Shown: positions 8,759-19,551, counted from the first letter of the stretch. The stretch: 58,773 bases of DNA from Faecousia sp. (GCA_045590835.1 JAZNRW010000035.1:1-58773), one strand, 5' to 3'. Made by a program: numbers and translations. Notes: generated by a model from the sequence alone, not told the origin.

Positions 8759-9981
8759 TCATGGTTTTTGACAGCAAGGCCTGCTGCATACGCGGTGGAC
8801 CAAGCAATCTGCAGGTTAAATCCGCCGGTATATGCATCGCAATCTATGATCTCTCCGGCAAAGTACAAACCCTGTATTTTTTTGGATTCCATGGTCTTGG
8901 GATCGATCTCCGACACCTTCACGCCACCGGATGTGATGATCGCCTCAGCCACCGGGCGCTTTCTTGTAATTTCAATAGGAAACGTCTTCAATAGCTCCAC
9001 AATGGCTCTTCTTTGCTGTTTTGTCAATGAATTTGCCTGCAGCTGCAAAGGAATTGCCAATTTCCGGAGCACTACCGGGATCATGGATCTTGGCAGCAAA
9101 TCCGTCAAAGCATTTTCCATGGTGCGATTTTTATAGGTATCCAGATCCCGCAAGATCCGGTCGTTCAGCTTCCCTTCGTCCAGAGCCGGCTTCAGATCCA
9201 GCAACAGTTTGCATCCGTCACCCTTCATATGGGCGCTGGCGCTGAGCACCGTAGGTCCGGATACCCCGAAGTGGGTAAACAGCAGCTCACCAAAGTCCTT
9301 ATAAAGCAGTTTGCCCTTTCCATTCAGCAGTTTAACACCCACATTCCGTAGGCTCAGACCCTGCATCTGCTGACAGTCATCCCCCGCCGTCTCAAGAGGA
9401 ACCAGAGAGCCTTCCGGTTCTACAATGGTGTGCCCCAACGCCTTTGCCATCCGGTAACCGTCACCGGTAGAGCCGGTTGCGGGATAGGATACGCCACCGG
9501 TGGCAAGCAGTACCGCATTACAGGCTATGGTACCTGCGTCCGTTTTTACACCAAGAATCCGTGTTTCATCGTACAGCAGTTCTTCTGCTCTGGTAGTCTG
9601 CACTTTTACACCCGCTCTATGCATAGCATTTCGCAAGCACTCCAGGATGGATTGGGATTTGTCGGTTATGGGAAATACCCGGTTGCCCCGTTCTGTTTTT
9701 AAGAGGCAGCCGTTTTGTTCAAAAAACGCTATCACATCCGCAGGAGGATGTCCTTCCAATGCGCTAAAGAGAAATTTACCGTTTCTAGGTATATTTTGCA
9801 ACACATCTGCCGCAGTGCAGTGGTTGGTCAAATTACAGCGGCCTTTGCCTGTGATCAGTAATTTTTTACCCAGACGGTCGTTGGCTTCCAGTAGTAGCAC
9901 CGACAACCCCCGCCGGGCAGCGGTGATCGCTCCGTACATGCCTGCAGGCCCGCCGCCAATCACAACTACATCCCACTTCAC
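8755..9981 (-). CDS. HI0933/YhiN/BaiN family flavoprotein
   Basis: GGGPAG, GKKLLITGKGRCNLTN, ATGGVSYP-x-TGSTGDG, LFTHFGVSGP, TGGFNLQIAWSTA. Confidence 0.95.
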   Translation of the reverse strand: MKWDVVVIGGGPAGMYGAITAARRGLSVLLLEANDRLGKKLLITGKGRCNLTNHCTAADVLQNIPRNGKFLFSALEGHPPADVIAFFEQNGCLLKTERGNRVFPITDKSQSILECLRNAMHRAGVKVQTTRAEELLYDETRILGVKTDAGTIACNAVLLATGGVSYPATGSTGDGYRMAKALGHTIVEPEGSLVPLETAGDDCQQMQGLSLRNVGVKLLNGKGKLLYKDFGELLFTHFGVSGPTVLSASAHMKGDGCKLLLDLKPALDEGKLNDRILRDLDTYKNRTMENALTDLLPRSMIPVVLRKLAIPLQLQANSLTKQQRRAIVELLKTFPIEITRKRPVAEAIITSGGVKVSEIDPKTMESKKIQGLYFAGEIIDCDAYTGGFNLQIAWSTAYAAGLAVKNHD

Positions 9982-10847
9982 GGCATCTCCACCTGCTTTT
10001 CATAAACATTATACTCTTCCCATACCTGTTCCAGGGTATCAAAATGTTGTTTCAGGGCCTCTTCCCTGCAATTTGACAATGCAACCAGCAATGCATTGAC
10101 AACACTTAAAGGCGCTACCAACGAATCCACAAAAGAGACCATATCACTCTTTGCCACCAGGACATAATCACTCTCCTGGGCGAGGGGCGATGCGTGGCTG
10201 TTAGTAATACCGATCACCGTAGCTCCCACACTTCTGCAGTACTGGGTGCCTTTTAACGTTGCGGAAGAGTATCTGGGGAAGCTGAATGCCAGCACTACGT
10301 CATCACTGGTCACATTCACCAGCCTTTCAAACATCTCTCCGCAGCCGGAGGTAGTGAGCACATGGACATTTTGAAACATATAGTTCAGATAATAACCGGC
10401 AAAATTAGCCAGAGCCGCGGCGGAACGAACACCCAGCAGATATATCCGCTTTGCTCTCAAAATCGCTTGAACTGCGTTCTGAAAGTCCTCACGGTTGACA
10501 GTATCTGCTGTCTGGCGCAGCTTGTCCGCGTCTGCCTGCAGAACGGCAGCTACCACATCATGGTCGCACATGCGATCATTGGCAATGCCCAGCCGCTGTA
10601 CCGAAGTTAGACGGTTGAGCACCATCTCCTGCATGGCTTTCTGCATGGTGGGATAGCCGTCGTAGCCAAGCTCCATAGCAAACCGCACCACAGTAGACTC
10701 TGAAACGCCCACGGTCTTGCCCAGTTTGCTGGCTGTCATAAAGGCTGCCTTGTCATAGTCTTCTGTTATGTAGGTTGCGATCCGACGCTGGCCCTTGGAA
10801 AAAGTCGGCATCTTCTCTTGTATGATCATCAGAACATCGTCTTTCAT
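9978..10847 (-). CDS. MurR/RpiR family transcriptional regulator
   Basis: HTH VGVSESTVVRFAMELGYDGY plus SIS domain FSFPRYS and IGITN; start at ATG 10847 after ggagg. Confidence 0.93.
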   Translation of the reverse strand: MKDDVLMIIQEKMPTFSKGQRRIATYITEDYDKAAFMTASKLGKTVGVSESTVVRFAMELGYDGYPTMQKAMQEMVLNRLTSVQRLGIANDRMCDHDVVAAVLQADADKLRQTADTVNREDFQNAVQAILRAKRIYLLGVRSAAALANFAGYYLNYMFQNVHVLTTSGCGEMFERLVNVTSDDVVLAFSFPRYSSATLKGTQYCRSVGATVIGITNSHASPLAQESDYVLVAKSDMVSFVDSLVAPLSVVNALLVALSNCREEALKQHFDTLEQVWEEYNVYEKQVEMP

Positions 10848-10848
10848 A

Positions 10849-11574
10849 CTATCCTCCACTGTTGCTGCCTTGTTTCAGCAGGGCAACTTCATCATCTGTC
10901 AAATATCGCCATTTACCTAAGGGAAGATTCCCAAGGGAAACAGATCCCTCGCCGATTCGTTTCAGCCGCCAAACCTGCATACCCGCCATGGCACACATCC
11001 GTCGGACCTGTCGGTTGCGTCCCTCATGGATCACGATCTCCAGTTCCGCCTTCCCGTCAGTCCTAACGTGGATGTGTTTTACATCTGGTTTTCTTATGGT
11101 GTATCCGTCCAGGGTGACCGGCTGCTTCAGCAGGTGTAATTTTTCCTCTGTATAATCAGATACAAGTACCCGGTAGGTCTTCTCCACCTCATGCTTGGGA
11201 TGCATCAGCATATTGGCAAATTCTCCGTCATTTGTAAACAGGAGAAGGCCTTCAGAGTCCATGTCCAGTCGGCCAACGGGATACACCCGCTGACCGCAGT
11301 TGGATACCAGCTGCGCTGCATTTTTTCGTCCCTTCTCATCAGAAAGGGTTGTCACAAAGCCCCGGGGCTTATGCAGCATAAGATACACGCAAGAATTGGC
11401 TGCAGGCAAAGGCTTTCCCTCCACCAGAATCATATCAGCCTCCGGGTCGGCGCTTTCTCCCAACCGGCAGACTCTGCCATTGCAGGTAACCTTACCGGCA
11501 GAAATCAGTTCTTCAGCCTTCCTTCGGGAAGCAAGACCCCTGGCGGATATGATTTTTTGTAGTCTTTCCGTCAC
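10849..11574 (-). CDS. rluB: 23S rRNA pseudouridine synthase RluB family
   Basis: S4 domain RLQK..ASRRKAE, PVGRLDMDSEGLLLFTNDG, EGRNRQVRRM. Confidence 0.92.
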   Translation of the reverse strand: MTERLQKIISARGLASRRKAEELISAGKVTCNGRVCRLGESADPEADMILVEGKPLPAANSCVYLMLHKPRGFVTTLSDEKGRKNAAQLVSNCGQRVYPVGRLDMDSEGLLLFTNDGEFANMLMHPKHEVEKTYRVLVSDYTEEKLHLLKQPVTLDGYTIRKPDVKHIHVRTDGKAELEIVIHEGRNRQVRRMCAMAGMQVWRLKRIGEGSVSLGNLPLGKWRYLTDDEVALLKQGSNSGG

Positions 11575-12668
11575 TGTCTTTTCCCTCCAAATATCCGCTT
11601 GAGAAGCGGGGTCTTCTCCTCCGGCAGGCGCTCGATGGTACTGCCGTATACCAGTGGGATCTTTCCCACAATTTTTTCTTCCAAATACAAGTACGCTGTG
11701 CCGGCACTCTGCCCTTCCACCACAGGGGCGTAGACAAATCCCGGTCCTGGAATGATGATCTTTAAGGTTTCATCAGACCTCAGCGGATACACAAAGTCCT
11801 CAGCGGCAATCAGCTCTACAGCATGATTTTCCGCACTTTCCACTTCTAGGGTAGAGACGCACTCCCCTGCTGTAACAACCTGCTGCAGGGAAAAGGCTGA
11901 AAAGCCGGATTCCAAAAGGGTTTTATGGTCTGCCCAGTCATTCCCATCATTGATAGTCACAGCGATCAGGCGGCGGCCCTGCCGGGTGCAACTGGACACC
12001 AGGATTCTCCCGGCTTTCTTGGTAAACCCGGTCTTGACTCCATCTGCTCCATCCACCTGCCAGAGCAGCTTGTTGTGATTTTGCAGACTCCGCTGTCCCA
12101 CCATCACGGACTTTGTAGAGACAGTCTGCGCGAAAATGGGGTTTTCCATGGCGTATGCAGAAAGGACCGCCAGGTCTCTGGCTGTTGCATAATGATCCGG
12201 GTTATCAAGGCCATGGGGATTCACAAAATGGGAGCCGGTCAGCCCAAGACGGTGGGCCTTATCGTTCATCAGCTCCGCAAATCCCTCCACCGTGCCGCCG
12301 CAGTAAATAGCAAGCGCCACCGCAGCATCATTGCCGCTGCGCAGCATCAGTCCATACAGCAGTTCCTGTACTGTCAGCACTTCGCCTTCACGCAGGTACA
12401 TGGAAGATCCTTCAATTCCCACCGCCTCCTTGGGAATCCGCACCCTGTCAAGCACATTGGATTGCTCGCAAACCACCAAAGCCGTCATAATTTTGGTGGT
12501 ACTTGCAATCAAACTGCGCTGATTTGCGTTTCTTTCAAACAACATCCTGCCGGTCTGCGCATCCATTAGAACCGCGCTTCCGGCAGAAATTGCCTCACAG
12601 GGAAAAACCAGGATAGCAGCCAGAAATGCAGCTGCCACCCTGGCAATTAGCTTTTTCATCATTATCAC
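11571..12668 (-). CDS. dacB: D-alanyl-D-alanine carboxypeptidase (sporulation DacB-like)
   Basis: Signal peptide, ASTTK (SxxK), SGND (SxN), KTG; true start may be ATG 12659. Confidence 0.88.
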   Translation of the reverse strand: MIMMKKLIARVAAAFLAAILVFPCEAISAGSAVLMDAQTGRMLFERNANQRSLIASTTKIMTALVVCEQSNVLDRVRIPKEAVGIEGSSMYLREGEVLTVQELLYGLMLRSGNDAAVALAIYCGGTVEGFAELMNDKAHRLGLTGSHFVNPHGLDNPDHYATARDLAVLSAYAMENPIFAQTVSTKSVMVGQRSLQNHNKLLWQVDGADGVKTGFTKKAGRILVSSCTRQGRRLIAVTINDGNDWADHKTLLESGFSAFSLQQVVTAGECVSTLEVESAENHAVELIAAEDFVYPLRSDETLKIIIPGPGFVYAPVVEGQSAGTAYLYLEEKIVGKIPLVYGSTIERLPEEKTPLLKRIFGGKRQ

Positions 12669-12698
12669 CCGGAGTTAGTATCTCCGGAAAAAGCAAGG

Positions 12699-13091
12699 TT
12701 ATTCTGCCTTTTTCTCCGTTCTGGAGTCAATAAAGCTGGCTATCTTATCCAGGGTATCCGGAACCATTTCCACAATGCGATCTGCTGTGGTGTTGGCAGG
12801 TGTTGCAATAGGCAGGATCCGCACAGAGCTATCCTTCACAACAATGAATGCCACAGGGGTCACCTTCACACCAGCACCAACACCGCCACCAAAGGGGTTT
12901 TCATGGTGATTTACATTCTTGGACACAAAATCGGAACCACCGCCGCCCAGGCCCACACTGATCTTAGAAATGGGAATGATGGTTACGCCGTCAGCTGTTA
13001 CGATCGGCTCGCCAACAACGGAGTTGGCATCCACCATCTCGCGGATTTTTGCAATGGTGTTTTCCAGCATATTGGGAAGATTCTGGCTCAT
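12699..13091 (-). CDS. ytfJ: GerW/YtfJ sporulation protein
   Basis: VVGEPI, IIPISKISVGLGGGGSDF, PFGGGVGAGV. Confidence 0.92.
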   Translation of the reverse strand: MSQNLPNMLENTIAKIREMVDANSVVGEPIVTADGVTIIPISKISVGLGGGGSDFVSKNVNHHENPFGGGVGAGVKVTPVAFIVVKDSSVRILPIATPANTTADRIVEMVPDTLDKIASFIDSRTEKKAE

Positions 13092-13684
13092 AATTTGGCA
13101 CCGCCTTTTCTTAAATTTCTGATAGTTCTAAATTCTTTGAACGCTCGGAAGCCGTGGGCTGCCAGCAGCCTTAGCAGCCTGCCCACAGTAATGGTAGCAT
13201 CCAGGCGCAGATATATCCTGGTGGATTCACCGGTAAAGTCGCAAGCAACAGCAATATCTCGCTTTTTGATCACGAATACTCGTTCGAGCTGGGGTAGGAT
13301 TACACCCACAGCCGCCCAGGCTCTACCGTAATTTACCGCAAGATTGCAGGGGTCCTCCCCAGCCATTATCAATTGCAGTTCCATTCGGTTGACTCTTAGC
13401 TTCCTGCGAAATTCTGCAAGAAATGTCAACACGGTATTCAGCAGGGGTTTAAAATCACGGAAGCTGCCGCCGGTTTTATTCTTGCTGCCGGAAGCTTTCT
13501 TGCCTTTTTCTGCTTCCGTGTCCTTCGGCTTGTCCTTCTGCTTACCGGAACCAGGATAGATTCTGATAGCCGCAGGCCCCAGAATCACCCAGACACCCGA
13601 ATCATTCTGCCGGTAAATTCCTCTCAGGCCAATTGGCACAAAAGCAATGCCTGTAAGGACACCTAGCGCAATTAGCCACCCCAT
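13088..13684 (-). CDS. DUF2953 (YtfI-like) protein
   Basis: N-terminal TM, EDPCNLAVNYG motif, directly upstream of ytfJ. Confidence 0.75.
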   Translation of the reverse strand: MGWLIALGVLTGIAFVPIGLRGIYRQNDSGVWVILGPAAIRIYPGSGKQKDKPKDTEAEKGKKASGSKNKTGGSFRDFKPLLNTVLTFLAEFRRKLRVNRMELQLIMAGEDPCNLAVNYGRAWAAVGVILPQLERVFVIKKRDIAVACDFTGESTRIYLRLDATITVGRLLRLLAAHGFRAFKEFRTIRNLRKGGAKL

Positions 13685-13685
13685 A

Positions 13686-14288
13686 TCAGGTCTCCCCTGC
13701 AGGTATCTGCTCCGGAGTCTGGTCTTCTATGGTCAGTTGATCCGGATCCTGCTGTTCCATAATCGGCTCGCCCAGATTCACCTTTTCAATAGGCGGCAGT
13801 TCCTCTAAGGAACTTAAGCCAAAGGTACGCAAAAAAGCGGGGGTCGTCCGGTACAGGATGGGCCGACCCGGAACATTCAGCCGTCCGGCATCTTCGATCA
13901 ACTTCTTATTCAGTAGCGACCCAATGGAATAGGAACTATCCACACCGCGAAGCTGCTCCACCATGGCCTTGGTAGCAGGCTGGTAATAAGCAATAATGGT
14001 GAGCGCCTCCAACTGAGATGCAGACAGCTTGGGAGGCTTTCTGGTTTCCAGCGCTTTGGTAATTAGATCAGCCATCTCACCAGAGGAAACCATCTGATAG
14101 CCGTCCTCCAGACGGAGGATCCGGATGCCACGGCGGTTGAACGCCAGCTCATCCGCCAGCGCGTTAGTCACCTCAACAATTTCCTTTTCATCCGTTTCCA
14201 AAACAGATGCCAATTGCGCTATGGCTACCCGCTCACCGGCAGCGAACAAAATCGCTTCAATTGCCCTCTGTAGTTCTATTTGTTCCAT
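13686..14288 (-). CDS. scpB: SMC-Scp complex subunit ScpB
   Basis: IEAILFAAG, LEALTIIAYYQP, RGVDS, PGRPILYRTT, FGLSSLEELP. Confidence 0.96.
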   Translation of the reverse strand: MEQIELQRAIEAILFAAGERVAIAQLASVLETDEKEIVEVTNALADELAFNRRGIRILRLEDGYQMVSSGEMADLITKALETRKPPKLSASQLEALTIIAYYQPATKAMVEQLRGVDSSYSIGSLLNKKLIEDAGRLNVPGRPILYRTTPAFLRTFGLSSLEELPPIEKVNLGEPIMEQQDPDQLTIEDQTPEQIPAGET

Positions 14289-15084
14289 CGGTACTCTCCT
14301 CAATCACAGAGTCTGTTTCGTGAATCAGTCGCACATTGGGATTTTCTCCGGAAACATCGTCCTCCAGAGAAACGGAATTGGTCTTACACAGCTCCAGAAT
14401 TGCCAAAAAAGTGGCAACAATTTCCGAGCGGCTTCGGCTGCCCTTAAACAGGTTTTTAAGCCGCTGAATGCCACGAAGCACCAGGTTTCGCACCAATTCC
14501 TTTGCCTTTTTGGTTACAGGATAAGGTTCTTTACCCACAATACCCTTAAAATTCACCGTAGGCGGAGGCAGACGGCGCTGATTGCGCTCGGTAATTTCAT
14601 CCAAGGCCCGCAGCATATCCTCCGGCTCGTGTTGGTAACGGTAGGTTGTATCACGGCGCAGAGGTTCCGGCGCCTTGGTAAAGATACAGCGGCCCACTTC
14701 ATTGAGGGGCTCCAATACAGTGATCGCCATTCGAATCTGATCCATAGCCTCATGGCGCTGACGCTCGATCAGAGACTGCCGCAGCAAATCCAGCTCCGTC
14801 TCTGCCTCTACTGCCTCCGCCGTGGACAGGAGCATCTTGGTCTTAATCAACATCAGGTGGGATGCCATGGTGATGAATTCGCTGGCCAGTTCAATGTCCA
14901 GCCGTTTCATCTCCTCCAGGTACGCCAGATATTGCTCCAAAATCGCCGTAATGGACACATCCTGAATTTCAATTTTATTCTTGCTGAGCAATAAGAAAAT
15001 CACGTCAAGAGGGCCTTCAAAGTCCTCCATCAGCTCACTTCTGGTGTGGACGATTCCCTCAAGGCGATACTTTGGTTCTGCCAT
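14257..15084 (-). CDS. scpA: SMC-Scp complex subunit ScpA
   Basis: FEGPLDVIFLL, ASEFITMAS-x-L-x-x-IKTKMLL, TFLAILEL. Confidence 0.95.
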   Translation of the reverse strand: MAEPKYRLEGIVHTRSELMEDFEGPLDVIFLLLSKNKIEIQDVSITAILEQYLAYLEEMKRLDIELASEFITMASHLMLIKTKMLLSTAEAVEAETELDLLRQSLIERQRHEAMDQIRMAITVLEPLNEVGRCIFTKAPEPLRRDTTYRYQHEPEDMLRALDEITERNQRRLPPPTVNFKGIVGKEPYPVTKKAKELVRNLVLRGIQRLKNLFKGSRSRSEIVATFLAILELCKTNSVSLEDDVSGENPNVRLIHETDSVIEESTDGTNRTTEGN

Positions 15085-15123
15085 AATCGCTCCTTGTACA
15101 CACTATCACTTTTATTTTTAACA

Positions 15124-15152
15124 ATTATATCACCAAAACTGTATTCCTGCAA
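15124..15152 (-). promoter_or_regulatory. SigA-type promoter of scpAB
   Basis: TTGCAG-17bp-TATAAT. Confidence 0.6.
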
Positions 15153-15248
15153 GTATCTATGCAAAAAATCCCTATTTTACAGAAGGGATTGCATTTTTCG
15201 CCATAATGTGCTATAAGTAATGCAAGAACCAAATTGGAGGGATGCACA

Positions 15249-15593
15249 ATGGCTGCCAAACAGAGTCGTTATAAATCTATGGAGCGTATGATGACCTACG
15301 GGCTGTGCGCAGATGCTGCGCTCTTTATTCTGTATATGATCTTTGCAGGTATGGGCATCATTTGGCTGAAGGTTATACTGGCAATTTTTAGTCTGCTGAT
15401 ATCCGCTGCCATTTTGACGCTTCTGTATCTGTCCCGGGAGCTGACAACCCGCAGAAGTCAGTGGATCACCGCCGGCGCTGCTGCCCTCGCGCTTTGCTTG
15501 CTTCTGTCTCTGATTCTAAATTTCCCAAGTCCCAACCCGTATAAACCTGCTAAGGAAGAAAAATCTGCATTTGTAGCAGAATGCTGTATTTAA
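15249..15593 (+). CDS. Small membrane protein (3 TM), unknown function
   Basis: RBS ggagg, promoter TTGCAT-17-TATAAG at 15189-15217, downstream terminator. Confidence 0.75.
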   Translation: MAAKQSRYKSMERMMTYGLCADAALFILYMIFAGMGIIWLKVILAIFSLLISAAILTLLYLSRELTTRRSQWITAGAAALALCLLLSLILNFPSPNPYKPAKEEKSAFVAECCI

Positions 15594-15600
15594 CGAAATT

Positions 15601-15633
15601 AACGGTGGAAAGCGATTGCTTTCCACCGTTTTT
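15601..15633. terminator. Terminator between convergent genes
   Basis: aacggtggaaagc-gatt-gctttccaccgtt followed by T run. Confidence 0.8.
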
Positions 15634-15639
15634 GCATTG

Positions 15640-17340
15640 TTATCGATAGAAGGAATTTCCGCCTACGAACTCTCGCACCAAACTGGTGGGCGGGATCTCG
15701 TCATCTGCATCTGTCGAGAGCACATAGTTGAGCATCTTCACAATGGCCCGTACCTGCTCGTAACAGCTCTCCTCCGGAGGAACCGCTGTCAGAAGTGGGA
15801 ACACATGGTGCTTCAGCACCGGAAGTTCATAAAGAGTAGCGCTGTTGAAGATCACATCCGCACTTTCCTGGAAGGGCAATATCCATTGTTTCTCTCCCCT
15901 GCGGACGGAATCCCACATGCTGAGCGTCCGTTCCACCGAAGAACCCCGGGTCTCATAATCTCGCACAATTCTGCGGAGCAATCGCAGGTAGCTGCTCAAA
16001 ATCCGGTTATGGTCATCCAAATTCAGTGGCATCAGCGGACATACATACATCTTAAACACCAAAGAATGGTCCAGATCATGCGGCAGCAGCAGTGGATTGA
16101 GGGCGTGGAGTCCCTCCACAATGATTACTGTGTCATCTTGCATTCGCATCATATGTCCACGCCATTCACGCTTGGCTGTCAGGAAATTAAATACCGGGAT
16201 CTCCACTTCATTGCCGCTCAACAAGGACTGTAAATGTTGAGAAAACAAGGCTGTATCGATGGTATTGATATGCTCCAAATCAACCGTGCCATCCGGTCCT
16301 GGTGGAATCTGATCGCGGTTTATGTAGTAATCATCAAGGCTCATGATCACAGGCTTTTTCCCGTGAACACGCAGCTGTGTTGCCAAGCGGTTGGCTGAGG
16401 TGGTTTTTCCGGAAGAGCTGGGTCCGGACAGCATCACCGCCTTGGCGCCCCGCTGGCAGACCATATCCGCGATTTGCGCATATCTCTTTTCATGGAGCGC
16501 CTCATTGACCCGGATCAGTTCCCGGAATTTGCCCGTTTCTATCAAGCCGTTCAAATCGGATACGGTCTCACATTCCATCAGCTCGCACCAACGAATGCTC
16601 TCCTTATTGACGGCCATAATCTGAGGCATTGAAATATATCTGCCAATTTGATCCGGTTGCTCATCATCGGGGTAGATAAAGAAAAAACCATTATCTGCGG
16701 GAATAACATCCCATACCTGCAGATATCCTGTAGATGGTGCCAGTTCCCCATAGTAATAATCCAAGAAATCACCGTGGGCATATACATCAAAATACGGCTC
16801 AGTTCTATATTTAAGAAGTTTTGCTTTATCAAACTGCCCGTCTGCAGTGTATTTTGCAATGGCGTCATCTGTGGACATTCGCTGCCGAAGCAAGGGAATG
16901 TCAGAAGCAACAATGGAGGCAATCTCCTTTTTTAGAGTCTGGAAGTCAAATTCCTCCGCTCCGGTCACCTGAACATACAGCAGAGAACCGAAGGTACTGC
17001 TGATTTTTGCTTCAGCCTGCGGCCAGCAATTACGAATCGCCAGAAACAGCACAAACTGGACTGTTCGCGTGTATACATCCCTGCCCGCCGGGTCACCAAA
17101 GCGCAGCAGCTGCACCATTCCACCGGATGCCTCCATAGCACGGCGAATAGATGGACGCTCTTGTTCCTGCGCACCTGCGCGCACAGGAACATAATTCAAA
17201 TTAAACACCTCGCCGGCAATCTTCGCCGCAAGAGGTCTTTGAGATAATTGATTGCTATCGAGCCCCAAAGCCACCACCAATTCAAGCAAAGTCTGTCCGG
17301 GTCTTGCCCCAATCTTCAAGCCATCAATGCACAGCTCCAT
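15640..17340 (-). CDS. Long-form uridine/nucleoside kinase with ThrRS-N-terminal-like domains
   Basis: SGPSSSGKTT, SLDDYY, IVEGLHALNP, RLLRRIVRD, VRRGEKQWI, REFVGG; start ATG 17340 after aggagg. Confidence 0.88.
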   Translation of the reverse strand: MELCIDGLKIGARPGQTLLELVVALGLDSNQLSQRPLAAKIAGEVFNLNYVPVRAGAQEQERPSIRRAMEASGGMVQLLRFGDPAGRDVYTRTVQFVLFLAIRNCWPQAEAKISSTFGSLLYVQVTGAEEFDFQTLKKEIASIVASDIPLLRQRMSTDDAIAKYTADGQFDKAKLLKYRTEPYFDVYAHGDFLDYYYGELAPSTGYLQVWDVIPADNGFFFIYPDDEQPDQIGRYISMPQIMAVNKESIRWCELMECETVSDLNGLIETGKFRELIRVNEALHEKRYAQIADMVCQRGAKAVMLSGPSSSGKTTSANRLATQLRVHGKKPVIMSLDDYYINRDQIPPGPDGTVDLEHINTIDTALFSQHLQSLLSGNEVEIPVFNFLTAKREWRGHMMRMQDDTVIIVEGLHALNPLLLPHDLDHSLVFKMYVCPLMPLNLDDHNRILSSYLRLLRRIVRDYETRGSSVERTLSMWDSVRRGEKQWILPFQESADVIFNSATLYELPVLKHHVFPLLTAVPPEESCYEQVRAIVKMLNYVLSTDADDEIPPTSLVREFVGGNSFYR

Positions 17341-17440
17341 ACTTGCCTCCTTTCGAAATGTCACAACATTTCGTATGCGTATAGCGATAACAAATTATAT
17401 TAACCTTATTATCCAAAAATGTAATAGAATTGTCAACAGA

Positions 17441-17471
17441 AAAATACCCGCCCAATAATGGGTGGGTATTT
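17441..17471 (-). terminator. metA terminator
   Basis: aaatacccgccca-ataa-tgggtgggtattt hairpin right after the stop codon. Confidence 0.7.
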
Positions 17472-17472
17472 A

Positions 17473-18396
17473 TTACTCTTCACCAATATGCATAATATCG
17501 TAGGGTGTGGTCTGATACACAAAGTAGTTTAGCCAGTTGGAAAACAGCAGATTGGCATGCCCCCGCCAGCGGACCATAGGATCTTGTGTGTCGTCGTCAT
17601 TGGGGTAATAGTTCTTTGGAACTCCAATAGGAAGACCCAATTTTTTGTCCCGGAGGTACTCCTTTTCCAGCGTATCCGGATCATACTCAGAGTGACCGGT
17701 GACAAAGATCTGGTGACCGTTTTTATTCATCACCATGTAAACCCCCGCATCCGCAGAAGAAGACAGGATCTTGAGGCCCGGGACTTTCTCAATGTCCTCC
17801 CGCAGCACTGTAGTGTGTCTGGAATGGGGGGCCCAGAAGCAGTCATCGAAACCCCGAAGCAAAATAGAGCGGGGATAGTCTTTCGTATGTTCAAAAATAC
17901 CGAACAGTTTATTTTCCATTGGGTATTTGGGAATCCCATAATGATAGTAAAGTCCGGCCTGAGCGCCCCAGCAGATGTGGAATGTGCTGTGAACATGGGT
18001 CTTACTCCACTCCATGATCTCACACAGCTCCGGCCAGTAATCCACTTCCTCAAATTCCATCAGTTCCACAGGTGCGCCGGTAATTACCATGCCGTCAAAT
18101 TTCCGGTGCTTCAGCTCATCAAAGGTTTTATAGAACGTTAGAAGATGCTCCTGGGCAGTATTTTTGGAAATATGGGATTTGGTGTGCATCAGCTCCAAGC
18201 GAACCTGCAGAGGCGTGTTGCCAAGAAGTCGGCTCAACTGGGTCTCTGTTGCAATTTTGGTAGGCATCAAATTCAGCACCACGATCTCAAGCGGTCGGAT
18301 ATCCTGTGTAACAGCACGATCTTCCGTCATCACAAAGATATTTTCCTGCTGCAACACACCGGCAGCCGGCAAATCATTTGGTATTTGAATAGGCAA
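17473..18396 (-). CDS. metA: Homoserine O-acyltransferase MetA, predicted O-acetyltransferase
   Basis: QDIRPL, LNLMP, ICWGAQA, PHSRH, TGHSEYD; TGAPVE has Glu at the acyl-specificity position (acetyl type); TTG start 18396 after aggagg. Confidence 0.95.
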   Translation of the reverse strand: MPIQIPNDLPAAGVLQQENIFVMTEDRAVTQDIRPLEIVVLNLMPTKIATETQLSRLLGNTPLQVRLELMHTKSHISKNTAQEHLLTFYKTFDELKHRKFDGMVITGAPVELMEFEEVDYWPELCEIMEWSKTHVHSTFHICWGAQAGLYYHYGIPKYPMENKLFGIFEHTKDYPRSILLRGFDDCFWAPHSRHTTVLREDIEKVPGLKILSSSADAGVYMVMNKNGHQIFVTGHSEYDPDTLEKEYLRDKKLGLPIGVPKNYYPNDDDTQDPMVRWRGHANLLFSNWLNYFVYQTTPYDIMHIGEE

Positions 18397-18452
18397 TTCC
18401 AACGCCTCCTTTCTGCAATTTTCCAATATTCTACTAAAGAAATCCTCCTTTG

Positions 18453-19442
18453 TCAATCTTCCTCCACAGTTTGCAGCACCGTTCCCGGATAATAATATTG
18501 CAAAATCTGCTGATAATCACTTCCGCTAACTGCCATTGCTTCCGCGCCATATTGGCTCATACCCACCCGATGGCCAAAGCCTTTTGTGGTCACGGTGATC
18601 GTCTGTCCAACTGCCGATATTTGAAACGCCGTCGAACGCAACTGCAAAATACGCCGCAGATCCGTTCCGGAAAAGTTGACTCCACAAATCTCAATCGTAT
18701 CCACGCCACCGCCTGGGGTATAGATAATATTTCCGAACCAGTCTCCAGGTAAGGTATCCGTTGCAAGCTGTAATCGGTCTGCAAATTCCTCGGCAGAAAA
18801 TTGCACTGTATCGGTGTAATGCGTTGCCTGTTCCTCCCCCGGGCTATCTTGTGCCTTCAAGTAGGGAATCTCCGTTCCCCAAACAGCCACCGCATCCTCT
18901 GTTTTTCCGCCGGAACAAGAGAAATAGGTTGCTTCAATCAGAGCATCACCATAGTAAAGCAGTTGGTTTTGCGTCAAATTCACAAGAGTACGAACCCGCT
19001 CCAAGTCTGCATCCTTACCTCCTGCTTCCAAAAAGTTCTCCGGACTGCAGTACGCCTGACAGCAGGAGGAATCTGTACAAACTCCCTGTCCGCTATGCTT
19101 GCCGCCGTTTGAAATTTGTTTTCTGGCGTAGGTTCTGGCAACCACCGCCTGCGCCTTTAGCGCCTCATCATGAAACGATACCGGCATCTCCGCCAGCAGT
19201 ACACCGGTAAGATATGCGCTCTCCTCCATAGTACGGACCGTTCCGTCATCCAGTATAGCGGTTATCATAGCTGTATCCTTCGCCTGCGGAATATTTTCGG
19301 CAAATGTGGAAGATGTTGTTGCAACGGATTCTGATTGTAGCGGCGCTTTCTGCTCCTGCTTTTCAACTACCCGGAAGATCAGCCCCGGCACGATCACTGC
19401 CATCAGAACTGTTATTAGAATTTTACTTAGTGTTCCCTGCAT
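18453..19442 (-). CDS. spoIID: Stage II sporulation protein D
   Basis: [33 protein letters not shown]-x-[22 protein letters not shown]. Confidence 0.93.
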   Translation of the reverse strand: MQGTLSKILITVLMAVIVPGLIFRVVEKQEQKAPLQSESVATTSSTFAENIPQAKDTAMITAILDDGTVRTMEESAYLTGVLLAEMPVSFHDEALKAQAVVARTYARKQISNGGKHSGQGVCTDSSCCQAYCSPENFLEAGGKDADLERVRTLVNLTQNQLLYYGDALIEATYFSCSGGKTEDAVAVWGTEIPYLKAQDSPGEEQATHYTDTVQFSAEEFADRLQLATDTLPGDWFGNIIYTPGGGVDTIEICGVNFSGTDLRRILQLRSTAFQISAVGQTITVTTKGFGHRVGMSQYGAEAMAVSGSDYQQILQYYYPGTVLQTVEED

Positions 19443-19522
19443 TTGTATCACCTCCAGCCTATTCTAATGCAGCTGACATGTCAATTCCGGTAAAATCCTG
19501 TAGTACAGGATTTTTCAGCCAC

Positions 19523-19551
19523 TTGACAGCACTCCGGCAGGCAGATATAAT
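19523..19551 (+). promoter_or_regulatory. Consensus SigA promoter of the LRR protein gene
   Basis: TTGACA-17bp-TATAAT. Confidence 0.8.

Noticed and set aside
15640-17340. Unusually long uridine kinase as a novel fusion
   Set aside because: The ThrRS-like N-terminus plus uridine kinase architecture is common in Clostridia and Bacteroidota
18397-18456. Extended MetA N-terminus overlapping spoIID
   Set aside because: Family similarity begins at PIQIP, and a TTG with an aggagg RBS sits at 18396
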